From: a virus
Taxonomy: Duplodnaviria > Caudoviricetes
Reading direction: 5' to 3' (one strand)
Virus record (IMG/VR): IMGVR_UViG_3300027857_000018
Coordinates: 294 to 64,293 of that record
Length of the DNA stretch: 64,000 nucleotides
The stretch's first letter is position 1; every line of letters starts with the position of its first letter. Both the position numbers and the translations under genes were made by a program. Positions 19,321-28,693 of the stretch are shown here, in pieces. The notes under the pieces were generated by a model that did no database searches, was not told where the DNA came from, and was given only the letters and a program-made list of their open reading frames with translations.

Positions 19321-19701
19321 CTAGCCGATAACTGTTGTCATGGATTGCGGAGGTGAAACGCCCTTCTTGAGCCTCCCATACCCGATCCGCGGCTCCAACC
19401 CTTCCCGCGCCCGCTGCTGCACGCAGGCTCGCACGCTGCGGCCGGTCGCGAGGGAGATGGCCTTGTATGAGGCGCCCGTGGGCCACATGCGATGCAGGGT
19501 GGCGTTCTCGGCGACTGTCCACGGCATGCGGCGCTGGGCCTGCTTCAGCAGCGCGGGGTCGAGCTGCCTGGCGCGGCGCTTGGCTGTCTCGACGTGCACG
19601 CCGACGCGCTTCGCGATCGTGTGCCAGTCGGTGTGTGCGGTGCGAAGAGAGATGATGGCGGCATCCATGTCGCGATTGAATTGGATGATCAATGGACCCA
19701 C
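19321..19701 (-). CDS. Tandem HTH / Myb- or GcrA-like DNA-binding protein
   Basis: WHTIAKRVGVHVETAKRRARQL and WTVAENATLHRMW..GASYKAISLATGRS. Confidence 0.6.
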   Translation of the reverse strand: MGPLIIQFNRDMDAAIISLRTAHTDWHTIAKRVGVHVETAKRRARQLDPALLKQAQRRMPWTVAENATLHRMWPTGASYKAISLATGRSVRACVQQRAREGLEPRIGYGRLKKGVSPPQSMTTVIG

Positions 19702-19798
19702 TCCCGGAGCCCGTGGGTGGAGTCCTGGAAAATCGCCAGATCAGCGCCCAGCACGAACGCGAGGATGCCGCAGAGGAAGAGGAAGACGGCGAGGCGGG

Positions 19799-20731
19799 TC
19801 ATTCGCACAATCCATAGCTCGACACACAGACTGGGGCAGGCAGCAGCGCCATCATGTCGTACTGGCGACCGCCACGGCGGGTCCTCGCCCAGCGGACACG
19901 GCTGTCGATCTTCATGCGCTCGAAAATCTCCGCATTGGTCTCCCCATCCTCTGCGCCGTCGCAGAAGAACGTCGTCCAGCCCTGCTTCGAGCATTCCGAC
20001 ACCAGCGTTTCCCACTCACGCAACCGTGCGATATGACGCGGCCAGCGACGAGCGCAGTTGGCGATCTCATCCTTCTTGGCATTGATGCAAAGCATGCAGC
20101 CCACGCGGGAACAGCCCTGACTGTAGAGCGGATTGAGCCGGCCGCCCTCGGCCTGGATGTAGTCGACTACCTGTTGCGCCGTCCACGACGCGATCGGCCG
20201 GCGGATGAGCCAGCCTTCCGGCGCCCATTCCTCGTCAAGCGCGTCCTTGCGGGCCTCACTCTCGTCGCGGCGCACGCCCTGCCAGACTTCGATCGTCGAG
20301 AGGTCGTTGATCAGCGCCGACACGTAGGCGTCGAGCGGCATGCGCTTCAGAAAAAAGGTGCAGAACTGCGCCATGCGGGACGGGAACCGTCCCTTCATCA
20401 TGCACAGGTCCAGGAAGGGGTTGCCTGTCGGTACGAGTAGTTCCAGCGCCCGCGCAATCCGGTCTGGCGGCACGCCGTCCTTCGCCCATTGGCGCTCGAT
20501 GAAACGTCGCTTGCGGGCGATGTCCCGGGAGAAATCGGCCCGCACGATGTCAATCTGCATCCCGAGTTGCGCCGGAAGGTCGACGCGAACGAAATGCTCC
20601 GTGATCTCGTGCTCATTGCCAGTGTGGGCGGTGACCAGCCGGACGTTCTCGCGGCCGTGCTGCTTGATGGCGAGGAGGGCCGTGGCGTGGCTGTCCTTGC
20701 CGCCAGAGATGGAACAGACGATGAGAGTCAT
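19799..20731 (-). CDS. PAPS-reductase-family (PP-loop) protein
   Basis: SISGGKDS PP-loop, FCTFFLK, GVRRDESEAR, LNPLYSQGCSRVGCMLC; start at MTLIV. Confidence 0.9.
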   Translation of the reverse strand: MTLIVCSISGGKDSHATALLAIKQHGRENVRLVTAHTGNEHEITEHFVRVDLPAQLGMQIDIVRADFSRDIARKRRFIERQWAKDGVPPDRIARALELLVPTGNPFLDLCMMKGRFPSRMAQFCTFFLKRMPLDAYVSALINDLSTIEVWQGVRRDESEARKDALDEEWAPEGWLIRRPIASWTAQQVVDYIQAEGGRLNPLYSQGCSRVGCMLCINAKKDEIANCARRWPRHIARLREWETLVSECSKQGWTTFFCDGAEDGETNAEIFERMKIDSRVRWARTRRGGRQYDMMALLPAPVCVSSYGLCE

Positions 20732-21207
20732 GGCTTTGTCGCTACCCCCCGCACAAACGCGAGGTCGGCCGCGTCGCGCCAAGCACGGGCGGCCATGCAT
20801 GGCTGTGCGAATTCATCGTCCGGCGGTGCATCCTTAGCGCGCAATGCCCACAAACTACCAAGGTGCCGCTCGCAAATCGCCATCGCATGGTCGAGGTAAG
20901 TGGGGGGCGGCGCCGCCTTCGCATCGCTGCTGTCGCCGCGTTCGTGGGCGGGTGAGATGTGGCTGTCGCCTGCACGCCATTCGTCACACAATTCCGGGTG
21001 CTCGGCACAAGAGAATGAGCCGGTCATCAGCCGATCGGCTGCGCACGAACGTTCTTCGCCGGTAGCACAGCGTTGGCTGCCGTCATCAAGCGAAATACAG
21101 AACTTCGGGCGGCACATGCCGTCTGGCTGCAGCACGATGCTCTGCTGCGCCCCCGCCGACCCGGCGAGCGCGAGGGAGGCGACGGCGAGGATGATGGGGC
21201 GGATCAT
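20728..21207 (-). CDS. Exported Cys-rich protein
   Basis: Signal peptide ending AGA; many cysteines. Confidence 0.55.
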   Translation of the reverse strand: MIRPIILAVASLALAGSAGAQQSIVLQPDGMCRPKFCISLDDGSQRCATGEERSCAADRLMTGSFSCAEHPELCDEWRAGDSHISPAHERGDSSDAKAAPPPTYLDHAMAICERHLGSLWALRAKDAPPDDEFAQPCMAARAWRDAADLAFVRGVATKP

Positions 21208-21216
21208 GGGTAACTC

Positions 21217-21843
21217 CTAGGGTTTGTAAAACGTCGCCGCAACGCGCAACGCCCGCCCCGTCGCCTTCCCCTGCCGAGCCCGCGCCGGCCTGCGGGGCTT
21301 GCCCAGCGCGTGCTGGCGCGCGGCTTCGGCGAGGAATTGGTCGATCGCTTCTGCGCGGCGCATGGCTCCGGGGCGGAAGGGGACAATACCTGACGCTATC
21401 GCAGCCTTTACGTAGGCAACAGCGCAATCCGCGACGTAGGTTCTGTGGCCGAGGCGATTCAGTTCGTTGATCACGCGGTCTTGGTTTGAGCATTTCTTCA
21501 CCTGCTTGCCGCGCGCCTTCAACTCGCAGCGGAAAGTATCGCCGCCCAATAGGCATAATTCAGTATCGGGCCAACCGCTAACGATTCCTCTCGCGGCTTC
21601 GAGAATATGCTGTGTGTCATTGGTTTTTTTGGTGCGGTCGTGCGCGGCGAACTTATGGGGGATCGCGACGTATTCGCGGACGAGGCCCTTCAGCTCTTTC
21701 TGGAGCGCATGTTCAGGACGCCTGCGCCACTGGCGGGGCGGCTCCAGTCCCTCGCGCTCATAAGCCTCCAGCAGATCCATCACGCTCTCTCCGTGTCCAC
21801 AGTAGACGCTGGGGCTGTCCTCGTAGCCGTCCCACATGCACAT
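21217..21843 (-). CDS. VRR-NUC-like PD-(D/E)xK nuclease / resolvase
   Basis: PEHALQ...GIVSGWPD...CELK...Q...L..LGH. Confidence 0.7.
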   Translation of the reverse strand: MCMWDGYEDSPSVYCGHGESVMDLLEAYEREGLEPPRQWRRRPEHALQKELKGLVREYVAIPHKFAAHDRTKKTNDTQHILEAARGIVSGWPDTELCLLGGDTFRCELKARGKQVKKCSNQDRVINELNRLGHRTYVADCAVAYVKAAIASGIVPFRPGAMRRAEAIDQFLAEAARQHALGKPRRPARARQGKATGRALRVAATFYKP

Positions 21844-21854
21844 GCCGGCGGTTC

Positions 21855-22139
21855 CTACGCTGCGTGCCCGACAAGCGACCGCATTTCTTCTACCGACAAT
21901 TCCGTAATTGGCTTCGGTGCCGTGTCCTTCCTCGGCCGCCCCCGCCGAACAGCCGGCGGGACTGGCATGGCGCTAGAGGTGACCAACTCGTAGGACATGG
22001 CGACGTTGCCCTCGCCGACGATGCCAGCGAATTCCTTCTCGGCATGGTCCATGTCCGCCCGCAACGGCGCCAGCATCGGCGCACGTGCGAATTCGTCGTC
22101 GTTGAGGGTGATCTGGTAGGTGACGGTGAGCTTGGCCAC
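21855..22139 (-). CDS. Hypothetical protein with AT-hook
   Basis: RRGRPRK motif. Confidence 0.5.
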   Translation of the reverse strand: MAKLTVTYQITLNDDEFARAPMLAPLRADMDHAEKEFAGIVGEGNVAMSYELVTSSAMPVPPAVRRGRPRKDTAPKPITELSVEEMRSLVGHAA

Positions 22140-22142
22140 AGT

Positions 22143-22382
22143 CTACTCCTGCAAGGTTGAAGGCAAAGGCGGCAATGTCTCCGCGCCACGCACGCGCCGG
22201 ATCGGCGGTGGCTTGGCGGAGGTATGGCGGATGGGCGACGGCAACTCCTGCAGCCCGAGGCGATGGGCTTTGCCGATGACGGCGTTCTTGGACATGCCGA
22301 GCTGCAGCCCGATCTCCGCGGTGGGCATCGTGGCCCAGAGTTTGCGCAGGCGGGCGATCTTGGCTTCGGTCCATGTGGTCAT
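22143..22382 (-). CDS. GcrA-like protein (N-terminal domain only)
   Basis: WTEAKIARLRKLW...AEIGLQLGMSKNAVIGKAHRLGL matches the GcrA N-terminus. Confidence 0.85.
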   Translation of the reverse strand: MTTWTEAKIARLRKLWATMPTAEIGLQLGMSKNAVIGKAHRLGLQELPSPIRHTSAKPPPIRRVRGAETLPPLPSTLQE

Positions 22383-22777
22383 TGATTGGCACTCTGCGAA
22401 AGTTGCTGCCTAGACAGCCACATTTGCAATGCGATAAGGCTCTTTCCGCTGCAGGGATTCTTGACCCACTTATGGTGCTTGTCGCGAGTAATTTTAGCGA
22501 TTATCGCCTTGATATCGGGATCATCATTTATCATTGCCTCGGAAGGCAACCTTACTGTCATCATCTCATCGCAGTAGGAAAACCATTCGCGCACCGCGCG
22601 ATGTTCCGAAACATACCAATGCAACCAATATTCTGCGCCTTTTTTGCCTTCTTCGCAGCGCAGCAGGCTCAATGTATGATAATGCGTTGTCTGCATGCAT
22701 CTCAACCGTTCTAACGGACGTGTAGTAAACCCTATTTTGACCAACCGGACTTCGTCAGACATTATGAAATAGATCAC
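22379..22777 (-). CDS. GIY-YIG-superfamily (T5orf172/MUG113-like) protein
   Basis: IYFI...VKIGFT..PLERL..MQT...E..LH...EWF. Confidence 0.8.
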   Translation of the reverse strand: MIYFIMSDEVRLVKIGFTTRPLERLRCMQTTHYHTLSLLRCEEGKKGAEYWLHWYVSEHRAVREWFSYCDEMMTVRLPSEAMINDDPDIKAIIAKITRDKHHKWVKNPCSGKSLIALQMWLSRQQLSQSANQ

Positions 22778-22987
22778 GAATTGCTTCTTTCTTCAACCGC
22801 TTTCTCAAGCACGGATAGCAAACCCGACAGGCTACCCAATGTTGGAGTGCTGTTCCCCCCCTTCCACCTACTGAAAACGGCCGGCGACAGATTGGCCTTA
22901 CGGCATGCCTGCGCCATCGTGATGCCGGCTTGCACGGCCATGATCTCAAGGTCTTGCGGGGTTGGTAGCTGCTTCATGGGCATCATG
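22774..22987 (-). CDS. Cro-like HTH regulator
   Basis: AGITMAQACRKANLSPAVFSRWKGGNSTPT; first gene of the leftward arm; exact start among clustered ATGs uncertain. Confidence 0.75.
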
Positions 22988-23075
22988 AATAGCGCACGCT
23001 GATACCCGATGCAAGCGAATTGTGCGCGGCGAGGAATTTTAATCCTTGACAGCGGGTGCGGATCGGCGCAATAGT
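22986..23075. promoter_or_regulatory. Divergent early promoter pair
   Basis: Rightward TTGACA (23046) with AATAGT-like -10; leftward TTGCAT-17-TATTCA; both spacers contain CGGGT-N8-GCGC. Confidence 0.55.
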
Positions 23076-23113
23076 GCGTCACCCCACACGGCGGGACCGC
23101 TCGCCAGGAGAGA

Positions 23114-23497
23114 ATGATGGGAACGAAAAACAACCCCGCCATGTTCGATTGCTACGCCAGCGCTGATCCCGACGAACCAATGTTCGTTCTGCTCGGTCGC
23201 GACAAACATGCGCCCACACTGGTCTGGCTGTGGGCGTCGCTCAGGGAGCTGGATGACGAAGATCCTGTGAAGGTGATGGAAGCACGCACCTGCGCGGCAG
23301 AGATGATGAAATGGGCGCATGACCACAACCGCAAGGTCGTCGGATTCGGTCAGGCCACACTTGCTGGTATCGTGGAACTGATCCGAACGATCAACAGTGC
23401 CGCAAAGCGACTCGGGCAAAATCCGACCAACAACGCGACGGATGTCGAGATCCTGCGCATGTTTCTCGCGGAAACTGAGTTTGAGAAAAGCACATGA
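23114..23497 (+). CDS. Conserved phage hypothetical protein
   Basis: MGTKNNP..FDCY..A.PDEPMFVLLGRD motif; AGGAG RBS. Confidence 0.75.
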   Translation: MMGTKNNPAMFDCYASADPDEPMFVLLGRDKHAPTLVWLWASLRELDDEDPVKVMEARTCAAEMMKWAHDHNRKVVGFGQATLAGIVELIRTINSAAKRLGQNPTNNATDVEILRMFLAETEFEKST

Positions 23498-23536
23498 TCG
23501 ACACCCACCCAACCCCCCGCTCTCCAGGAGAGAATA

Positions 23537-23890
23537 ATGCCAGCAATCCAGATCAATGACGGCGTTCCGTCAATCAGCCTTCATATCGTTTTGAACTCAG
23601 CCGCCGATGTCGACTGGCTTATTGGCGCACTCAACGCCGCGAAGCCCATTGCATTCCCGCCAGTGGAAACGCATTCGGTGATCCTGCGCGCGCCTGGCGA
23701 AAAGCGGATCAATGTCATCAAAGAGATTCGTGAGATCACTAGCCTAGGACTGAAAGAGGCCAAGGATATGACCGAGGGCGATATGCCCAAAACGGTGGCC
23801 ACGGGGCTGACTCCGCAGCAGGCCGCCAAGGCGGTGAGTGCTTTGCTCAACAATGGCGCCGATGCATATTCCCAGGCAGTCGCGCCATGA
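23537..23890 (+). CDS. Ribosomal protein bL12 (L7/L12) C-terminal-domain protein
   Basis: GEKRINVIKEIREITSLGLKEAKDMTEG..PKTV matches the bL12 CTD; N-terminus unrelated. Confidence 0.88.
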   Translation: MPAIQINDGVPSISLHIVLNSAADVDWLIGALNAAKPIAFPPVETHSVILRAPGEKRINVIKEIREITSLGLKEAKDMTEGDMPKTVATGLTPQQAAKAVSALLNNGADAYSQAVAP

Positions 23891-24111
23891 TCGACACCCG
23901 CCTAGCCCCCTGCCTCCCCACGCCGGCCGCCTTCGCGCGCCACGCCGCAGACCAGATCGAGGCGCGGGTCGAGAGCGGGGAGCCGTTGGAGATCGTGGAG
24001 ATGATGGACCTGATGCGCATGCTCCGCCTGCTGGCGCAGCGGATCGAACCGCCGGAGAGGGTGGTGCGATTGCAGCCAGCGCTGACGTTGCTGAACGGGG
24101 GATTGTCGTGA
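23887..24111 (+). CDS. Hypothetical phage protein
   Basis: ATGA-coupled early gene. Confidence 0.5.
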   Translation: MIDTRLAPCLPTPAAFARHAADQIEARVESGEPLEIVEMMDLMRMLRLLAQRIEPPERVVRLQPALTLLNGGLS

Positions 24112-24316
24112 CCGAAGCTATCTGGCCATACCTGCCCAATCATGAGGCACCGACGCCCCTCGAATCCTCCGTATTCTACGACCAGCGCGCGCACCTGCTC
24201 GCCGCCATCAATGCCCTGGAGGACGCCAAATCCCACCTCTCCTACGATGACGAAATCGGCGATATGCTCCGCGCGCTGCAGTCGATGCTGCGGTTGCGGC
24301 TGGTGAGGGTGGGGAA

Positions 24317-24820
24317 GTGATGGATTACGACCGCCACCTCCAGCGCCAATACCCCGCCGGCATCGAGGTCATCCCGCAAGCGCGCCACACTGGGTCCAAC
24401 ACCATATGGGCAGCCGATGATCTCCCGCAGCCATGCGAGCGGCCCGCGATCGAGCGCGTATACGACTGCACCTATCGCGCCAACGAATACCGTGCGATGG
24501 CAGACTCGTGCCGCGCCGCGAATCGCTGGGGGCGTGCGGCAGAATACGAAGATCTGGCCGAGCAGATTGACGCGGAGGCAGAGGCTTTGCGGGCACAGGC
24601 AATCCGCGATCTAGAATCGGAAGTGCGATCGCAACTCGCGACGCCCGCACCGCCGCCAGAGCAACCAGACCGCGCGGCCCATTATCGCACCTGCGCGCGC
24701 CAGCATCGTTGGTCGGCGGCGCTCTACGAAGAGGGCAACGGTGCCCGCACCACGCACCTCCGCCGGGCCGAGGAATGCGACGCCAAGGCTGATGACATCG
24801 AACTTTGGGGCACGCTATGA
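24317..24820 (+). CDS. Hypothetical helical protein
   Basis: Coupled start/stop in the early operon; internal A..YR..A..C/H repeat. Confidence 0.55.
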   Translation: MMDYDRHLQRQYPAGIEVIPQARHTGSNTIWAADDLPQPCERPAIERVYDCTYRANEYRAMADSCRAANRWGRAAEYEDLAEQIDAEAEALRAQAIRDLESEVRSQLATPAPPPEQPDRAAHYRTCARQHRWSAALYEEGNGARTTHLRRAEECDAKADDIELWGTL

Positions 24821-25077
24821 CGTGGCAGACCGCACGACGCCCACGGAAGTTCGTTAAGGGCCCAAAGGTGCTTGGGATCTGGGAGGCCCTGCAAGCCGTT
24901 CAGGAAGGACGCTACACCCTTTTCCACGACAAGCCTATGCATCATGCCGTGCTACGCAATTGGTCAATCGTCCAGATCGAGAGCGCGTGTCGCAGCGGCC
25001 AACTATACCACGCTAATCCGAATCCTGCTCATCCCACCAACGTCATCGAAGATGAACCGTCAAAGGTAGAACCATGA
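24817..25077 (+). CDS. Hypothetical phage protein
   Basis: ATGA overlaps at both ends. Confidence 0.55.
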   Translation: MTWQTARRPRKFVKGPKVLGIWEALQAVQEGRYTLFHDKPMHHAVLRNWSIVQIESACRSGQLYHANPNPAHPTNVIEDEPSKVEP

Positions 25078-25937
25078 GCCAAGCCCTCGCCACACGCGAT
25101 CAGCCGCCGTCAGCCAACGCTGGCAGTCTGATCCCGCGCTCGCTACCGGAGGCCATGCGGATGGCGGAGATCATGGCCAACGCGCGCATGGTCCCCAAGC
25201 ATTTGCAGGGCGATGTCGGCTCCTGCTTCATGATCGTTGAGCAGGCCCAGCGATGGAACATGTCGCCTTTTCTCGTGGCGCAGTGCACGAGCAACATTGG
25301 GGGGAAGCTCTGTTACGAAGGAAAACTAATCGCCGCTGCTATTACCTCAACTGGCGGCATCATCGGCGAGTTTGACTACGAGTTTATCGGCAGCCAGAAA
25401 GACCCTAAGACGCTCTCCGTCAAGGTTTCCGCCCTCCGCGCCAGTGACCGGCAACGTAAGGAAATCACGCTCTCGTGGGCAGAGGCGAAGACGGAGAACA
25501 AGTACTGGGTAAGCCAACCGGAACAGCAGCTCACCTATGCGGGGGCCCGTGTGTGGGCCCGGCGCTGGACGCCCGGGCCGATGCTGGGTGTCTATGCCCC
25601 GGAGGAACAGGGGCGCGAGTTTGACGTGGAGGCTGTGGCGGAAGCGGAAGTGGCGGCGCTGCCAGACGAGCCCCATGATGAGCCGCCGCCAATTGAGCGC
25701 GAAAAGCCGCAAGCCCGCCAAACAATCGGCGAATGGCTCGCCGCGTTCAAGGAGGAACTCGCCATTGCGACCGCGCAGGGACAGGATGCGGTGAACGCGT
25801 TGTGCGACCGAGAGGACGTGAAGAAGGCTGCGGGAATTCTCCGAAACGGAGCAAAGAAGGCGTTCGATGACGCGATCGCAGACGCCTTGGACAGAACGTC
25901 CGGGCTCGACACCCGCTCCGCGCCGATGGAGACGTGA
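25074..25937 (+). CDS. RecT-like ssDNA-annealing recombinase
   Basis: VPKHLQG...C...QA.RW.M.PF.VAQ...GKL.YE.KLI.A...W...PEQQL.Y...R.WAR...P..MLGVY.PEE. Confidence 0.85.
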   Translation: MSQALATRDQPPSANAGSLIPRSLPEAMRMAEIMANARMVPKHLQGDVGSCFMIVEQAQRWNMSPFLVAQCTSNIGGKLCYEGKLIAAAITSTGGIIGEFDYEFIGSQKDPKTLSVKVSALRASDRQRKEITLSWAEAKTENKYWVSQPEQQLTYAGARVWARRWTPGPMLGVYAPEEQGREFDVEAVAEAEVAALPDEPHDEPPPIEREKPQARQTIGEWLAAFKEELAIATAQGQDAVNALCDREDVKKAAGILRNGAKKAFDDAIADALDRTSGLDTRSAPMET

Positions 25938-25940
25938 GAG

Positions 25941-26129
25941 ATGCCAAAAGTAGCCAAGATGCGCTATTGCTTCAACTGCGGCGCGCAACTCGGCGTCTAT
26001 GCCGATTACGACCCGCTTGACGATTGCGGCAAGCGCGAATGCCAGCGCGCCGCTCATGATGCGATTCGTCAGGAACGAGACGAAGCACACGAACAGTTGG
26101 ACCGCGATCGTGGCTGGGAGCACTGGTAA
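25941..26129 (+). CDS. Small zinc-finger protein
   Basis: CFNC...C...C. Confidence 0.6.
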   Translation: MPKVAKMRYCFNCGAQLGVYADYDPLDDCGKRECQRAAHDAIRQERDEAHEQLDRDRGWEHW

Positions 26130-26707
26130 TGTCCATGACCCCAGATCCTAGCATAGCCAAGCGTCATGATAGCGGATGCCGCAACAAGATGCCACTTCCG
26201 GTTGGCGTGAATGGATCTGCGACCTTTCGTGGCGATCGGCACGAGCACCGTATCCACTTAGAGCGCTGGTGGGACGGTAGCACTGAGGGCAACGGGCCGT
26301 TCGCGCTATGGATCGGCATGAATCCGAGCGCCGCCGAGGCTGATGTTGACGACTTAACCATCCGCAAGGAATGTCACTTCACGAAACTGCTCAACTATAG
26401 CCGCTACGTGAAGGTCAACGCTGGCAGCTACCGTCTCACGGATAGCGCTGCAATCGATGCCGTTCGCGCGCCGTTGTCGCATCCCGATAACCTGTCGCGT
26501 ATTCTTTACCTTGCCCGGCAGGCCGGCGTGATCGTGCTCGCAACCGGTTCGCCACCTAATGCGCTGGTTCCGTATGCGCGGTCGTTGTTCCGCGAATTGA
26601 AGACGATCGACGCGCGACCATTGTGCCTTGGAATAACGCGTGACGGCTGGCCGAAGCATTCGAGCCGGCTCGCCTACGCAACGCCGTTCACGGAGTATCG
26701 CCTATGA
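26129..26707 (+). CDS. DUF1643-family protein
   Basis: WIGMNPSAA...DDLTIRK...N...CLG.T.DG.PKH. Confidence 0.8.
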   Translation: MSMTPDPSIAKRHDSGCRNKMPLPVGVNGSATFRGDRHEHRIHLERWWDGSTEGNGPFALWIGMNPSAAEADVDDLTIRKECHFTKLLNYSRYVKVNAGSYRLTDSAAIDAVRAPLSHPDNLSRILYLARQAGVIVLATGSPPNALVPYARSLFRELKTIDARPLCLGITRDGWPKHSSRLAYATPFTEYRL

Positions 26708-27333
26708 CCCACGACCCTCGCCTGGCCAATGCGACGCGGGCGGCGCATGACCCGCAGATAAGCGAAGAGGCGATCGACGCAGCGGTGCAGTTTGCCGGCT
26801 TGGCACCCGCCGAGATGGACGATAGGGAGCTGATCGCTGGCGCCCTCCACGCTGCGCTGCCGTTCCTGCGGGGAAAGGGGGCAGCGGGAGGCGATCCGTG
26901 GCAGCCAATCAAAACAGCGCCCACCGACGGCTCTCTCATTCTAGTCTACGCATCGCCCAGAGATGATCTGCCGGGATTCATCACCGTATGCGCATATCAT
27001 GAAGACGCAGGGTTCTGCGTCGATGAGTTACGATATACTACACATTGGCGACCGCTGCCAGAACCACCGGTCGCTATCGCTGACCCAGATACCCCCACCC
27101 CCACCGAACTCGCCAAGGCGCAGAGCTTCCGGGAGGGGTATATCGAGGCCCCGACAGAAGGATGGCTCCCCGACACCCCCGACTTCGACCGCCGCCGCGG
27201 CGCGCTCGCCTACTACGCCCGCGTGCCATACGACCCGCGCCAGACCGACGCGTGGCGCGAGGGCTGGCGGCTCTCGGCGAGTGCGGGGTGGCGACCGGAA
27301 TGGGGGAATTCACTAACAGGAGAACGGCCGTGA
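26704..27333 (+). CDS. Mosaic protein with DUF551-like segment
   Basis: WQPIKTAPTDGS...THWRPLPEPP. Confidence 0.65.
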   Translation: MTHDPRLANATRAAHDPQISEEAIDAAVQFAGLAPAEMDDRELIAGALHAALPFLRGKGAAGGDPWQPIKTAPTDGSLILVYASPRDDLPGFITVCAYHEDAGFCVDELRYTTHWRPLPEPPVAIADPDTPTPTELAKAQSFREGYIEAPTEGWLPDTPDFDRRRGALAYYARVPYDPRQTDAWREGWRLSASAGWRPEWGNSLTGERP

Positions 27334-27623
27334 CAGATCAGACAATAGTATCGGCAGTTTCCGTATTGAACGAAATTGCTGCGGAGCGGCAGAGACAACA
27401 GACTACAGAGGGATGGACCGCGCAACACGATGACGCGCATTCACGCGGAGAAATGGCAGATGCAGCGGCATGTTATGCAGCCACTACATATATATTCCAC
27501 GCGCTTTGGCCTTGGGGTAATGAATGTTGTAAACCTAAGGATAGGCGCAGTGATCTAATTCTCGCAGGTGCTCTGATCGTCGCTGAGATTGAGCGACTGG
27601 ATCGGGCGTCAAATGGTCTCTGA
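27330..27623 (+). CDS. Conserved phage hypothetical protein
   Basis: ERQRQ..EGWT..HDD.H..GEMA.AAACYA...AGALIVAEIERLDR. Confidence 0.75.
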   Translation: MTDQTIVSAVSVLNEIAAERQRQQTTEGWTAQHDDAHSRGEMADAAACYAATTYIFHALWPWGNECCKPKDRRSDLILAGALIVAEIERLDRASNGL

Positions 27624-27841
27624 CCCCATGACCGCCCCCGCAGCCCCGCAGAGGTTGAGCGACACACCAACCGAGCGCGAGGTCAGGCTGGCGCGGGAGA
27701 TGTCGTCAATGGTAGAGCGCTTGGCCGATAGTATCAACACCAAGGTCATCGCGAGCGGCATGCGTGGGCCACTCGTGCGTTCGGTAATCATCGCCGCAGT
27801 CGGGCGCCGGCTGCTCGCGATGGCGGGGGAGATGGAGGGGC

Positions 27842-28243
27842 CTACCTCATCCCCGTAGCGCATCGTCCAATCTGCCCGTAGAAAGCGTTGTCAGTCGGCA
27901 GCACATCGCCGAATGTCTTCTTCCACAATACCGCGAATATGCGCAAGTCCCAAGCCGTAATCTGGTTGCGAATACTATCAGACGCGCAAAACTGTGTCTC
28001 TATTTCTATAAGATCCGCGCCATTTTTAGCTGCGATCGCACGCAATTCGGCGATCTTTTCTTGATCAAAAGTTGACTGTCTCTCCAGCGCTGCGATGTGG
28101 ACCGCCTGCGCATCGGCGGTATTCTGAACGGTGTTGATCTTGACGAGCGTGGTGATCAGGCCGCCGAACAGGATCACTGCGATGGCAGCAAACGTTCCGA
28201 CCGTCTGCCACCGGGCGTTGCCGTTCGTCGGCTCGCCGCTCAA
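27842..28243 (-). CDS. Membrane-anchored coiled-coil protein (possible lysis accessory/spanin)
   Basis: One N-terminal TM helix, coiled coil, two Cys; at the end of the lysis cassette. Confidence 0.55.
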   Translation of the reverse strand: MSGEPTNGNARWQTVGTFAAIAVILFGGLITTLVKINTVQNTADAQAVHIAALERQSTFDQEKIAELRAIAAKNGADLIEIETQFCASDSIRNQITAWDLRIFAVLWKKTFGDVLPTDNAFYGQIGRCATGMR

Positions 28244-28357
28244 ACGTTGACACAGCCGCTCACTCGGCTATCCTCTCACGGCTGCGACCAGCACTTTCAG
28301 CCATCATTCAGCTTTGGCCGGCTGCTCTCGCTGGTATGGAAGCGCCGGCCGCAGCGC

Positions 28358-28693
28358 TCACGCCGCAGGCACAGCCACAGCCTTCGCAGGCACCGTCGTC
28401 GCCACGGTCGGCGGCGCTACCGGCACACCGCCAATGACCGCACACACGTTGGCAACCGTCTGAGCCGCCTTCCCAGTGACCAGGAACGGCTTGCCCGTGG
28501 CGGCGTCCACGACGGCCTGCAGGGTCTGCCCGACGCTGCACAGGAGTTGTCCGTCTGCGAGCGGCGTTGCGACGCCTGGCATCGTGGCGCTAGCGACGGA
28601 AACAAGTGTCTGGCCCGCAGCGGTCTGCGCTGGGGTGAGGGGTTGGGAGCATGCGGCGATAGGGAGAAGAGCGGCGAGAAGGAGGCGGTTCAT
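28358..28693 (-). CDS. Lipoprotein (possible spanin)
   Basis: MNRLLLAALLPIAAC lipobox. Confidence 0.65.
   Translation of the reverse strand: MNRLLLAALLPIAACSQPLTPAQTAAGQTLVSVASATMPGVATPLADGQLLCSVGQTLQAVVDAATGKPFLVTGKAAQTVANVCAVIGGVPVAPPTVATTVPAKAVAVPAA

Noticed and set aside
19340-20440. Long antisense ORFs (also 38778..39860, 45180..46205, 59365..60555, 62251..63330)
   Set aside because: Shadow frames of GC-rich coding genes with no recognisable motifs.
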